Of a DNA stretch of 64,000 nucleotides, positions 1-9,679 are shown piece after piece. The notes beneath the pieces were generated by a model. It had not been told where the DNA came from, searched no databases, and saw only the letters and a list, made by a program, of their open reading frames with translations. Both the position numbers and the translations under genes were made by a program. Position 1 is the stretch's first letter, and every line of letters begins with the position of its first letter. Source of the stretch: an uncultured Gemmatimonadales bacterium (GTDB taxonomy: Bacteria; Gemmatimonadota; Gemmatimonadetes; Palauibacterales; Palauibacteraceae); assembly GCA_963783385.1 (NCBI GenBank), contig CAWANJ010000009.1:224001-288000 (forward strand), in the 5' to 3' direction.

Positions 1-44
1 GGCGAGTCGGGCGTGCGTGCCCCCGATGTCGCCCGCCAGCACCT

Positions 45-830
45 TCAAGGCGCGGGCTCCCCGCCGGGCCGCGCCAGGCGGGAGGCCGCGGCGGGATCCA
101 GGATCCAGGTGCCGCGTCGTGCCAGCTGGGCGGGGCACACCTCCGGAGCCCACGGCGCCTCGAGGGCGCGCGCCACGGCATCGGCTTTCCGCTCCCCACG
201 GGCCAGGACCAGGACGTGGACCGCCGCCTCCAGCACCGGCGGGGTGATCGTCAGGCGGTCCGGGGGGGTCGCGGGCGCGTGTACCGGCACGACCCGAAGC
301 GTGCGCTCCGACAGGGCCGGAGAGCCCGGAAACAGCGAGGCCGTGTGACCCTCGCGTCCGATGCCGAGCATGAGGACGGTGAGCCGGGCGGGGAGCAGGG
401 TGTCGTACGCGCCGGCGGCCGCCTCACGGTCCGGACGCTCGGCCTCCATCCGGTGCACGCGGCCCGCCGGGAGTCCGAGCGGGTCGAGCAGGGTCTCGCG
501 CGCCATCCGGTAGTTGCTGCGTGGATCCCCCGGCGGCACGCAGCGCTCGTCGCCGAAGAACACGTGCATACGCTCCCACAGGGGGTCCCGCGCGGTCGCC
601 AGCCAGCGGTACACGGGCTCGGGAGTGGAGCCGCCGGAGAGCGCGACCGAGCCCTCGCCGCCCGACGCCGTGGCCTCGGCCAGCATCTGCCGCAGGGACA
701 CGCCGGCCGTCTCGATCCAGTCTTCGTCGGGGACGACCCGGACGGACCCAGGCAGGGGACCGCCGCTCCGGCCGCGGACCGCTGCGGTGGCCGCGCGCTC
801 GGCGGAACCGTGCTCGCCTCCCCGCGCCAT
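45..830 (-). CDS. pgl: 6-phosphogluconolactonase
   Basis: Motifs ALSGGSTP, FFGDERCVPP, SNYRM, LGIGREGHTASLFPG; last gene of the PPP operon; start ATG 830 estimated. Confidence 0.93.
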   Translation of the reverse strand: MARGGEHGSAERAATAAVRGRSGGPLPGSVRVVPDEDWIETAGVSLRQMLAEATASGGEGSVALSGGSTPEPVYRWLATARDPLWERMHVFFGDERCVPPGDPRSNYRMARETLLDPLGLPAGRVHRMEAERPDREAAAGAYDTLLPARLTVLMLGIGREGHTASLFPGSPALSERTLRVVPVHAPATPPDRLTITPPVLEAAVHVLVLARGERKADAVARALEAPWAPEVCPAQLARRGTWILDPAAASRLARPGGEPAP

Positions 831-847
831 GCGCCGGTCGGCTCCAC

Positions 848-2407
848 TCACAGGGTCCGCCAGCTCCGTCCGTCCCGGGCCAGGAGCTCCTCGGAGGCGG
901 CAGGCCCCCACGACCCGGCCTCATAGTTGGGGAAGTCGGCCGGGGCGGACGACTCCCAGCGGTCGACGAGCGGGTCCACGACCGACCAGGCCTCGTAGAT
1001 CCAATCGGCGCGCGCGAACAGTCGCTGGTCCCCCTCCATCACGTCGAGGATCAGCCAGGCATAGGCCCTGGGCGGCTGGTCGACGCCGAACGCCGTCGCG
1101 TATCCGAAGTTCATGGTGACGGGCCGCAGGCGAATGCTGGGACCGGGCTGCTTGGCCACGAACTGCTGCAGGATCCCCTCTTCCGGCTGCAGCCGGAAGG
1201 CCAGGACGTTGCCGCTCAGATCGTCACGGTCGTCCACCTGGAACATGAGGTGGGGCGTGGGCCGGAACTGGATCGCCACCTCCGTGAGCTTGCGCTTCAG
1301 GCGCTTGCCCGTGCGCAGGTAGAACGGGACGCCGGACCAGCGCCAGTTGTCCAGCGTCAGCTTGAGGGCGGCGAACGTCGGGGTGGTCGACGAAGGGTCC
1401 ACGTCCGCTTCCTCCCGGTACCCGACCACCTCCGACCCTCCCATCGTCCCCGGACCGTACTGGCCGCGTACGGCATCGCGCCCGGGGTCGAAGGGCGTTA
1501 CCTGTGCCGCCTGCAGCACCTTGACGGTCTCGTCCCGCAGGGAGCCGGCGTCGAAGGTCACGGGGGGCTCGATGGTGGTCATGCAGAGAAGCTGGAGCAG
1601 GTGGTTCTGCACCATGTCCCGGACCACGCCGGTCTCCTCGTAGAATCCGGCTCGCGTGCCAATGCCGATGTCCTCGGCGACGGTGATCTGCACGTGGTCC
1701 ACGTAGTTCCGGTTCCAGATCGGCTCGAAGGCCGGATTGGCGAACCGGAACACGAGCATGTTCTGGACGGTCTCCTTCCCGAGGAAGTGGTCGATCCTGT
1801 AGATCTGCTCTTCGTCGAACACCGCGCGGATGCGGCCATCCAGCTCCCGGGCCGAAGCCCGGTCCTCGCCGAACGGCTTCTCGATGACCAGGCGGCGCCA
1901 GCCGTCCTCGCTGCGGGCGAGCCCGCTCGCGTCGAGGTGCTCGACGATGGGACCGAAGAAGGGCGGAGGGGCGGCCAGGTGGAAGAAGACGTTGTCCGGG
2001 ATGCCCCGCTGCTCGCGCACCTCCTCCACCCGCTTCGACAGACGCCCGTAGCCTTCCTCGGACTCGAAGTCGCCGGCCACGAAGTAGAGGCACCCGGCCA
2101 AGCGCCGCCACGTCTCCTCCCGAAAGGAGCATTGCTCCTGCACGGACTTCCGCATCGCCTCGCGGAAAGACTCGTCGTCGTAGTCGCCCAGCGAGTAGCC
2201 GAGCATGGCGAACGGGTCCGGCAGGAGGCCCTTGGTGGCGAGCTCGTACAGCGAAGGGATGAGCTCGCGGTGCGTCAGATCGCCGGCCGCACCGAAGATG
2301 ACCATCACGCAAGGGGCCGGCGGGTGGATCTCGCCGAGTCCCGCCTCGGAGGTCTCGATGCCGCGAGGCGGAGTGCCGGCGGACGGCGGTCCTTCCTTGG
2401 CGCCCAC
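848..2407 (-). CDS. zwf: glucose-6-phosphate 1-dehydrogenase
   Basis: IFGAAGDL, IEKPFG, YRIDHFLGKETVQN, RDMVQNHLLQ, RWSGVPFYLRTGK; GTG start at 2407 just after the gnd stop. Confidence 0.96.
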   Translation of the reverse strand: MGAKEGPPSAGTPPRGIETSEAGLGEIHPPAPCVMVIFGAAGDLTHRELIPSLYELATKGLLPDPFAMLGYSLGDYDDESFREAMRKSVQEQCSFREETWRRLAGCLYFVAGDFESEEGYGRLSKRVEEVREQRGIPDNVFFHLAAPPPFFGPIVEHLDASGLARSEDGWRRLVIEKPFGEDRASARELDGRIRAVFDEEQIYRIDHFLGKETVQNMLVFRFANPAFEPIWNRNYVDHVQITVAEDIGIGTRAGFYEETGVVRDMVQNHLLQLLCMTTIEPPVTFDAGSLRDETVKVLQAAQVTPFDPGRDAVRGQYGPGTMGGSEVVGYREEADVDPSSTTPTFAALKLTLDNWRWSGVPFYLRTGKRLKRKLTEVAIQFRPTPHLMFQVDDRDDLSGNVLAFRLQPEEGILQQFVAKQPGPSIRLRPVTMNFGYATAFGVDQPPRAYAWLILDVMEGDQRLFARADWIYEAWSVVDPLVDRWESSAPADFPNYEAGSWGPAASEELLARDGRSWRTL

Positions 2408-2411
2408 CCTC

Positions 2412-3311
2412 CTACTCCTTCCGGACGGCGTGGCCGCCGAACTGGTTGCGGAGCGCGGCGATGGTCCGGTAGGCGAAGCGCTCCTCGGTTCGGGAGTCGA
2501 AGCGCTCGAACAGCGCCGTGGCGATCGCCGGGACCGGAACCGCCTTCTCGAGCGCGAAGTCCACGGTCCAGCGGCCCGTGCCGGAGTCGTCCACGTAGGG
2601 CGCGATGTCACCGAGGTCGTTCCCCTCCTCCTCGAAGGCGTCCTCGAGGAGCTCGAGCAGCCAGCAACGGATGACCGAGCCGTGCTGCCACACCGACGCG
2701 ATCTGCTCGAGGTCCAGGTCCCAGTCCGATGCCTGCAGGCACTCGAACCCCTCGCCGATCGCCTGGAGCATGGCATACTCGATCGCGTTGTGGACCATCT
2801 TCACGAAATGGCCGGCTCCGCTGGGTCCGACGTGGGCGTAGCCCTCCTCCGGGGCCAGCGTGGCGAGCAGGGGCTCGACGCGCTCGAACGCCTCGTGCGG
2901 TCCGCCGATCATCATGCAGTAGCCGATCTTCAGCCCCCACACCCCTCCGCTCACCCCGATGTCCAGGAAGTGGACGCCGCGAGCCTCGCATGCCTTCGCG
3001 TGCGCGATCGAGTCCGGGTAATGGGAGTTGCCTCCGTCGATGAGAATGTCGTCCGCGTCGAGGTGAGGCAGGATCTCCTTGATCGTGCTTCTGGTCGGCT
3101 CGCCGTGCGGAACCATGACCCAGACGATCCGTGGCGCCTCGAGGGCTCCCACGAGCCCCTCGAGCGAATCGACCCCCTCGGCCCCGGCCTCCTCGGCCTT
3201 CTTCACGTTCTCCCCGGACAGGTCGTAGCCGACCACGTCGTGACCGTCCTGCACGAGGCGGCGGACCATGTTGCCGCCCATCCGTCCCAATCCTATCAGC
3301 CCCATCTTCAT
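2412..3311 (-). CDS. gnd: 6-phosphogluconate dehydrogenase, short (YqeC/GntZ-type), decarboxylating
   Basis: GLIGLGRMG, IDGGNS, GVSGG, GHFVKMVHNAIEY, DSGTGRWTV, ALRNQFGGH; 299 aa. Confidence 0.95.
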   Translation of the reverse strand: MKMGLIGLGRMGGNMVRRLVQDGHDVVGYDLSGENVKKAEEAGAEGVDSLEGLVGALEAPRIVWVMVPHGEPTRSTIKEILPHLDADDILIDGGNSHYPDSIAHAKACEARGVHFLDIGVSGGVWGLKIGYCMMIGGPHEAFERVEPLLATLAPEEGYAHVGPSGAGHFVKMVHNAIEYAMLQAIGEGFECLQASDWDLDLEQIASVWQHGSVIRCWLLELLEDAFEEEGNDLGDIAPYVDDSGTGRWTVDFALEKAVPVPAIATALFERFDSRTEERFAYRTIAALRNQFGGHAVRKE

Positions 3312-3314
3312 CGT

Positions 3315-3971
3315 CTAACTTCCTTCCTCGGTTTCATCGTCGACATCGTCGTCCACTCCCGTCAGCTCGACCCCCACGTCCCGGAGCCCCCGGGCCACCG
3401 CGCCGGCGCCGTCCGCCAGCACGGCCCGCAGGCCGACCTCGCGCGCCACGAACACGTTCTCCTCGCGATCGTCCACGAAGGCGACCCGATCCGGGTCGAG
3501 CCCCGCGATGTCCAGGGCTATGTGGAAGATGCGTTCCGCGGGCTTGCGCACGCCCAGGTAGCAGGAGCTGAAGAAGGCCTCGAACAGGGCGTTGAGGCCG
3601 AAGCGCCGGATGCGGTATTCGTTGAGCTCGCGTGATTCGTTGTTGAGCGTGGCGAGCCGCACGCCGCCCGAGTCCCGGAGCCGGCCCACGAGGTCGAGCA
3701 CGTCCCGGTGAGGCTTCGAACGCTCTCGCATGAAGCCCTCGAAGTCGTCCCTCGAGAAGGACCGGTCCCGGTAGAACACGGTGTGGTCCAGGTAGAACGC
3801 CAGCCCGAGCTCGCCCCGCTCGAACTCGGCGTACAGGGCGTCGTGCCGCCGCTCGAGCTCGTCGTAGTCCAGAGAGAAGTGCTCTGCGGCGGCCCGCCGC
3901 GAGGCGTGATCCCAGCCGTTGGTGAGGCACACCCCGCCCACGTCGAAGAAGACGGCGAGGGGGGAGGCCAT
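3315..3971 (-). CDS. HAD-superfamily phosphatase (YihX-like sugar-phosphate phosphatase)
   Basis: FFDVGGV motif I, LNN motif II, RKP motif III, FVDDREEN motif IV. Confidence 0.88.
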   Translation of the reverse strand: MASPLAVFFDVGGVCLTNGWDHASRRAAAEHFSLDYDELERRHDALYAEFERGELGLAFYLDHTVFYRDRSFSRDDFEGFMRERSKPHRDVLDLVGRLRDSGGVRLATLNNESRELNEYRIRRFGLNALFEAFFSSCYLGVRKPAERIFHIALDIAGLDPDRVAFVDDREENVFVAREVGLRAVLADGAGAVARGLRDVGVELTGVDDDVDDETEEGS

Positions 3972-3988
3972 GGCCGCGCTCCGCCGAT

Positions 3989-6844
3989 CTACGCTTGCAC
4001 GGTACCGGAAGTCGACGCGGCCAGCGTCTTCGCCAGGTGGTCCAGCGCCGCCTCCACGTCACCCATGAGGTGCACGCGGACCACGGCACGGCCGGCGTCG
4101 CGCAGGGCGCTCAGGTCGCCGAGCGACTGGGCCCGGTGGAGGGTGGCGAACCCGAACGGACAACCGGGGATGGGCAGGTCCGCGGCCTCGTCGGCCGTGA
4201 GAATCACGAAGCGGCCGGTGTCGGGTCCGCCCTTGTGGAGCTGGCCGGTCGAGTGCAGGTAGCGGGGCCCGTACCCCAGCGTGGTGGCAATCCCGAGCCG
4301 GTCACGGAGCCCCTGGCGCAGGCGCTCCAGGCGCGCCTCGCGCCCGGGCGTGCGCTGTACGTAGGCCAGCAGCGCCAGGTAGTCACCCGGGCGGGCAGCA
4401 TCCAGGAAGGCGGCCAGGCGCCCGCCCGGACCGCCGTCCTCGAGTCCGTCCTCGGCGTAGAGCGCCAGTCGCTCGTCCTCGGCGACCGGCGTGCCCTCGT
4501 CGAAGGAGCCACGGTCCTCCCACGCCTCGAGCAGCTCGCGCGTGCGGCGCTTGGCCGCCTCCACGTTGGGCTGGTCGAAGGCGTCGATGCCGAGGATGGA
4601 GCCCGCCGTCGCCGTGGCCATCTCCCACCGGTAGAACTCGGCCCCCAGACCCAGGGTGTCCTTCATCACGAGGCGAACCACGGGGTGGCCCGCCTCCTCG
4701 AGGGCGTCGAGCTTGCGGGATCGGTCGGCGTCCTCCTCGCCTGTCGTGCGCAGGTGCACGAACACGCGGTCGTCTCCGTACACGTCCGGATCCCCGAGCG
4801 GCTCGCCCTCGATTGGAACGAGGCCGGTGCCCTCCTTTCCCGTGCTCTCGGCCAGGAGCTGCTCGGCCCACGCGCCGAAGGCCGAGAGGGCGTCGGAGGT
4901 CACGAAGGTGACCTTGTCACGCCCCCGGCGGGCCAGCCGGCCGAGGACGGCACCGAGCTCGATGCCGGGGTTGGCCCCCGGCGGGAGCTCCGCGGCGCAG
5001 CTGCTGCGCATGCGCTCGGCCCGCTCGAGCAGGGTCTCGACATCGACACCCTGCAGCGCCATGGGGACGAGTCCGAAGTACGAGAGCGCCGAATAGCGGC
5101 CCCCGAAGTCGGTGGGGTTCTCGAACACGCGCCGGAACCCACGCTCGCGGCCTTCCTCGGCCAGGGGGGAGCCCGGGTCGGTGATCGCCGCGAAGCGGGA
5201 CCCCGTCTCCCGGCCGATCGCCTCCTCCAGCCACGCGTAGAAGGTGTGCGCCAGGCTGAGGGTCTCGGTCGTCGTGCCCGACTTGCTCGACACGAGGAAG
5301 AAAGACTTCTCGAGATCGATCGCGTCCCGGACGGCCCGCACCGCGTCGGGGTCGGTGTCGTCGAGGACGGTGAGGGTCGGCCAGCCGTCGGCCGATCCGA
5401 AGGTGGCGCGGCTCACGTCCGGTGCGAGGCTGCTCCCCCCCATTCCAAGGAGGACGACATCCCGGAAGCCCGCGTCCCGGATCTCGCCGGCGAAGGATCG
5501 GATCTCCCCGAGCTTCGCCATGAAGTCCGCGGGGGCGGTGAGCCAGCCCAGCCGGTCCCGCACCTCCGCAGCCTTGTCCGGATCGTCGGTCCACAGGGAG
5601 GCGTCCTTCGCGAACAGGCGCCGTCCGAACTGACGGGTGCCGAGGGCCTGGAGCACGTCGTCGACTCCGCGCCGGGCGGCACCGAGGGCCAGCGCCTGGC
5701 TCTCGCCCGAACGCCGGAGCGAGCGGGCCCGCTCCCGGGCCACGGTGGACAGGAGCTGGTCGAAGGGGGCGATGAACTTCTGCACCCCCTCGTTCATGAG
5801 CTGCCACGTGACGGCGTCGAAGTCGACGCCGGCCTCGCGCAGCCGGTCCATGGTGCGGCGGGCCTCGTCCATCCCGTCCGTCACCGTGTCGGCGACCGTG
5901 CCGTGGTCGGCGAAGGCGTCAATGGTAGCGTCGGGCAGGGTGTTCACCGTGTGCGGACCGATCAGGGGCTGGACGTAGCGCACGTCGCTGTACAGGGGGT
6001 CCTTGGTGCTGGTCGAGGCCCACAGCATGCGCTGGGGTCGGGCGCCCGCCTTCTCGAGCCGCCTCCAGCGGTCTCCCTCCAGGAGGTCGAGGAAGCTCCG
6101 GTAGGCGAGCTTCGCGTTGGCGATGCCGGCCCTTCCGAGGAGCTCCTCCGGGCGGAGCCCGGCGGTGGATCCCGGGATGATGTGGTGACCCAGGATCTCA
6201 TCCACGAGGACGTCGATGCGGCTGATGAAGAAGCTGGCCACCGAGGCCACGTCGTGCACCGACTTCCCCTCCTTCAGCCGGCGCTCCAGGGCCGACACGT
6301 ACGCCTTGGCCACGGCCTCGTAGGCGTCGATCGAGAACAGGAGGGTGATGTTCACGTTGACCCCCTCGTACAGCATCTGCTCGATGGCGGGCGTCCCGGC
6401 CGGCGTGCCGGGGATCTTGATGAGCAGGTTCGGACGGTCCACCGCCTCGAACAGCCGCCGGGCGTCCCGCATGGAGCCCTCGGTGTCGTGCGCCAGGTAT
6501 GGCGACAGCTCGAGGCTCACGAACCCGTCGGCTCCGTCGGACCCGTCGTAGACGGGCCGCAGGATGTCGCACGCGTCCCGGATGTCGGCCAGCACGAGCT
6601 GCTCGTAGATCTCGTACGGACCCAGGCCCTCCCGGGCGAGCTCGTCGATCTGCTCGGCGTACTCCTCGCCGCCCGAGATCGCCTTGTGGAAGATGGAGGG
6701 GTTGGAGGTGAGGCCCCGGAGGCCCTGCTCCGAGACCCGCCGCTCGAGCTCGCCGCTCCGGATCTTCCCCCGGGTCAGGTTGTCGAGCCAGTAGGACTGT
6801 CCGTACTCCAGGAGCTCCAGGAGAGGGTTCGTCTGGTCAGCCAT
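3989..6844 (-). CDS. tal-pgi: bifunctional transaldolase / phosphoglucose isomerase
   Basis: N-terminal Tal (WLDNL, GLTSNPSIF, LIKIP, NVNITLLFS, WASTSTK); C-terminal SIS/PGI (GMGGS, SKSGTT, GGRYS, EQLLAESTGK, DQPNVEAAK, HSTGQLHKGG). Confidence 0.95.
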   Translation of the reverse strand: MADQTNPLLELLEYGQSYWLDNLTRGKIRSGELERRVSEQGLRGLTSNPSIFHKAISGGEEYAEQIDELAREGLGPYEIYEQLVLADIRDACDILRPVYDGSDGADGFVSLELSPYLAHDTEGSMRDARRLFEAVDRPNLLIKIPGTPAGTPAIEQMLYEGVNVNITLLFSIDAYEAVAKAYVSALERRLKEGKSVHDVASVASFFISRIDVLVDEILGHHIIPGSTAGLRPEELLGRAGIANAKLAYRSFLDLLEGDRWRRLEKAGARPQRMLWASTSTKDPLYSDVRYVQPLIGPHTVNTLPDATIDAFADHGTVADTVTDGMDEARRTMDRLREAGVDFDAVTWQLMNEGVQKFIAPFDQLLSTVARERARSLRRSGESQALALGAARRGVDDVLQALGTRQFGRRLFAKDASLWTDDPDKAAEVRDRLGWLTAPADFMAKLGEIRSFAGEIRDAGFRDVVLLGMGGSSLAPDVSRATFGSADGWPTLTVLDDTDPDAVRAVRDAIDLEKSFFLVSSKSGTTTETLSLAHTFYAWLEEAIGRETGSRFAAITDPGSPLAEEGRERGFRRVFENPTDFGGRYSALSYFGLVPMALQGVDVETLLERAERMRSSCAAELPPGANPGIELGAVLGRLARRGRDKVTFVTSDALSAFGAWAEQLLAESTGKEGTGLVPIEGEPLGDPDVYGDDRVFVHLRTTGEEDADRSRKLDALEEAGHPVVRLVMKDTLGLGAEFYRWEMATATAGSILGIDAFDQPNVEAAKRRTRELLEAWEDRGSFDEGTPVAEDERLALYAEDGLEDGGPGGRLAAFLDAARPGDYLALLAYVQRTPGREARLERLRQGLRDRLGIATTLGYGPRYLHSTGQLHKGGPDTGRFVILTADEAADLPIPGCPFGFATLHRAQSLGDLSALRDAGRAVVRVHLMGDVEAALDHLAKTLAASTSGTVQA

Positions 6845-6922
6845 GTCGCGTCGTCTCGTCCTCGGCAATGCCGACCTCGCGTCCGCCGCGGCGAGAGTCC
6901 CCGCGGCGTCGGTCGGGGCCGG

Positions 6923-7387
6923 TCAGGATTCCTCCATGCACATCGTCTCGCGTTCGATGGCCTCCACCTTGGCGAGGCGGCGCCGGTGCCGCTCGGCGCC
7001 GTCGAACCGCGCGGCCATGAACGTCGTGAGCACCTCCCGGGCAAGTTCGATTCCAATCACCCTCTCGCCCAGGCAGAGCACGTTCATGTCGTCGTGCTCG
7101 ACCCCCTGGTGCGCGGAGTAGGTGTCGTGGCACACACCGGCGCGGACGCCCGGGAACTTGTTGGCGGCGATGCTGACCCCCACGGCGCTTCCGCACACCA
7201 GCAGGCCACGCTCCGCCCGTCCCGCCACCAGCGCCCGCGCCACCGCCGCGGCGAAGTCCGGGAAGTCGACCGGCGCCTCCCCGTCCGTCCCCAGGTCCAG
7301 GACGTCGTGTCCGGCCTCGCGGAGCTGCTCGGCCAGGGCCTCCTTGTAGCGATAGCCCGCGTGGTCGGCTCCGACCGCCACCCGCAC
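6923..7387 (-). CDS. rpiB: ribose-5-phosphate isomerase B
   Basis: GADHAG, CGSAVG, AANK, HDDMNVLCLG, RHRRRL; GTG start at 7387. Confidence 0.95.
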   Translation of the reverse strand: MRVAVGADHAGYRYKEALAEQLREAGHDVLDLGTDGEAPVDFPDFAAAVARALVAGRAERGLLVCGSAVGVSIAANKFPGVRAGVCHDTYSAHQGVEHDDMNVLCLGERVIGIELAREVLTTFMAARFDGAERHRRRLAKVEAIERETMCMEES

Positions 7388-7389
7388 GG

Positions 7390-9471
7390 TCAGGCCTCCA
7401 GCAGGGCGCGCGCCCTGCGTGCCAGGTCGCCGGCCGTGAAGCCGAAATGCTCGTACAGCACCTTCCAGGGCGCGCTGGCCCCGAAGCGGTCCAGCCCGAT
7501 CACGTCGCCCGCGTCGCCGACCCACTCGCGCCAGCCGAAGGACGCGGCCGCCTCGATGGACACCCGCGCCGTCACCTCCGGCGGCAGCACCCGCTCCCGG
7601 TAGTCGGGCGGCTGCTCGCGGAACACCTCCCAGCATGGAAGGCTCACCACCCGCGCGTCGATCCCCTCGCCGGCCAGCTGCTCGCGCGCCTCCAGGGCGA
7701 TCCACACCTCGGAGCCCGTGGCCAGGAGGAGCACGTCCGGCCGCTCGCCGCGCTCGGCCGCCAGAACGTACCCGCCGCGGCGGGCTTCCTCGGCCGCGCC
7801 CAGCCCCGCGCGGTCGAGGATCGGCAGCTTCTGGCGCGACAGCACGAGCATGGTGGGGCCATCCTGGCGCTCCATGGCCATGCGCCAGGCCACCGCAGTC
7901 TCGTTGGCGTCGGCGGGCCGGATGACGTGCATGTGGGGCATGGCCCGCAGCGAGGCCAGGTGCTCCACGGGCTGGTGAGTGGGCCCGTCCTGGCCGAGCC
8001 CGATGGAGTCGTGCGTCATGATGAACACGGTCGGCAGCTCCATGAGCGCCGACAGCCGGATGCCGGGCCGCGCGTAGTCCGTGAACACGAAGAAGGTGGC
8101 CGCGTACGGGCGCACGCCGCCGTGGAGGGCCATGCCGGAGGACGCGGACGCCATGACGTGCTCGCGGATCCCCCAGTGCATGTTACGCTGGCCGTAGGAG
8201 CCCGCCTCGAAGTCCCCGGAGGCGTCCAGGAGCGACTTGTTGGAGCCGGCCAGGTCGGCGCTGCCCCCCATGACCCACGGGACCCGCTCCGCGAAGGCGT
8301 TGAGCACCTTCCCGGAGGCCGCGCGCGTCGCCATCGGGCCCTGGTCGGGTCGGAAGACGGGGATCGCCCCGTCCCAGCCGTCCGGTAGCTCGCCGCGCAG
8401 GGCCTGCTCGAAGGAAGCCGCCAGGTCCGGGTGGTCCCTCCGGTAGGCCTCCAGCCGTGCCTCCCAGGCCTCCCGCAGGTCGCGGCCCCGCTCCACGGCC
8501 CGCCCCATGTGCTCCCGCGCGCGCACAGGGACCAGGAACTTCGCGTCCTCGGGCCAGCCGTAGAAGCGCTTGGTCTCGCGGATCTCCTCCTCGCCGAGCG
8601 GCGAGCCGTGCGCGGCCGCGGTGTCCTGCTTGTGCGGCGCGCCCCATCCGATGTGGGAGCGCACGATGATGAGCGAGGGCCGCTCGGTCTCGTCGCGCGC
8701 CGTCTCCAGCGCCGCCGTGAGAGCGTCCACGTCGTTGGCCTTGTCGCCCAGCTCCTGCACGTGCCAGCCATACGCCTCGAAGCGGCCGGGCACGTCGTCG
8801 GAGTAGGCCAGCTTCGTGTTTCCCTCGATCGTGATGTGGTTGTCGTCGTAGACCCATACCAGCTTGCCCAGCCCCAGGTGGCCGGCGACCGAGGCCGCTT
8901 CGTGGGAGGCTCCCTCCATGAGGTCGCCGTCGCTGCAGAAGGCGTAGGTGTGGTGGTCCACGATGGTGTGACCGGGCCGGTTGAAGGTCGCGGCCAGGTG
9001 CGCCTCGGCGATGGCCATGCCGACCGAGTTCATGATGCCCTGGCCCAGGGGGCCGGTGGTGGTCTCGACGCCTGGCGTCACGTGGACCTCGGGGTGCCCG
9101 GGCGTCCGGCTCCCCCACTCCCGGAAGTTCTCGAGCTCCTCGAGCGACAGGTCGTAGCCGGTGAGGTGGAGGACGGCGTACTGCAGCATCGACGCGTGCC
9201 CGCAGGAGAGGACGAACCGGTCGCGGTCGAACCAGTCCGGCGCCTTCGGGTCGTAGCGGAGGACCCGGTCCCACAGGACGAAGGCCAGGGGGGCCAGCGC
9301 CATCGGCGTCCCCGGGTGGCCCGAGTCCGCCTTCTGCACGGCGTCCATGGCCAGGGTGCGGATCGTGTCGATGCAGAGCTTCTCGATGGGCCAGCCGTCG
9401 AGGTCGGGAGATCGGGCGCCGGCTGTCCCGGCCTGGTCCGTCGCGGTGGTGGCGCTGTCGGTCTCGCTCAA
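7390..9471 (-). CDS. tkt: transketolase
   Basis: [51 protein letters not shown]; TTG start at 9471 preceded by GGGAG. Confidence 0.97.
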   Translation of the reverse strand: MSETDSATTATDQAGTAGARSPDLDGWPIEKLCIDTIRTLAMDAVQKADSGHPGTPMALAPLAFVLWDRVLRYDPKAPDWFDRDRFVLSCGHASMLQYAVLHLTGYDLSLEELENFREWGSRTPGHPEVHVTPGVETTTGPLGQGIMNSVGMAIAEAHLAATFNRPGHTIVDHHTYAFCSDGDLMEGASHEAASVAGHLGLGKLVWVYDDNHITIEGNTKLAYSDDVPGRFEAYGWHVQELGDKANDVDALTAALETARDETERPSLIIVRSHIGWGAPHKQDTAAAHGSPLGEEEIRETKRFYGWPEDAKFLVPVRAREHMGRAVERGRDLREAWEARLEAYRRDHPDLAASFEQALRGELPDGWDGAIPVFRPDQGPMATRAASGKVLNAFAERVPWVMGGSADLAGSNKSLLDASGDFEAGSYGQRNMHWGIREHVMASASSGMALHGGVRPYAATFFVFTDYARPGIRLSALMELPTVFIMTHDSIGLGQDGPTHQPVEHLASLRAMPHMHVIRPADANETAVAWRMAMERQDGPTMLVLSRQKLPILDRAGLGAAEEARRGGYVLAAERGERPDVLLLATGSEVWIALEAREQLAGEGIDARVVSLPCWEVFREQPPDYRERVLPPEVTARVSIEAAASFGWREWVGDAGDVIGLDRFGASAPWKVLYEHFGFTAGDLARRARALLEA

Positions 9472-9679
9472 GTCGTGACTCCCGTTTAGGACTCGCGTGG
9501 CGCGGCTCGGCGGGGCGCTCCCGCCGCGACGGCTACGGCCGCGGCCGTAGCGCCGGGCGAGAGGCGATCCCTCCTTCGATATCCGCACTCCCCATCCGGC
9601 GCAAGAATGTCGCCAGCCGACGCGGACCGGAGGTGCGACCGCCGCCCCACGGCCGGCGCGTCCATCCGGCCCTCCCGTC

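Noticed and set aside
3995-7603. Very long antisense ORFs (for example 521..2674, 3995..7603, 9743..12283, 31113..33314)
   Set aside because: They are shadows of well-supported genes on the opposite strand. High GC and codon bias suppress stops, and they contain no recognisable motifs.
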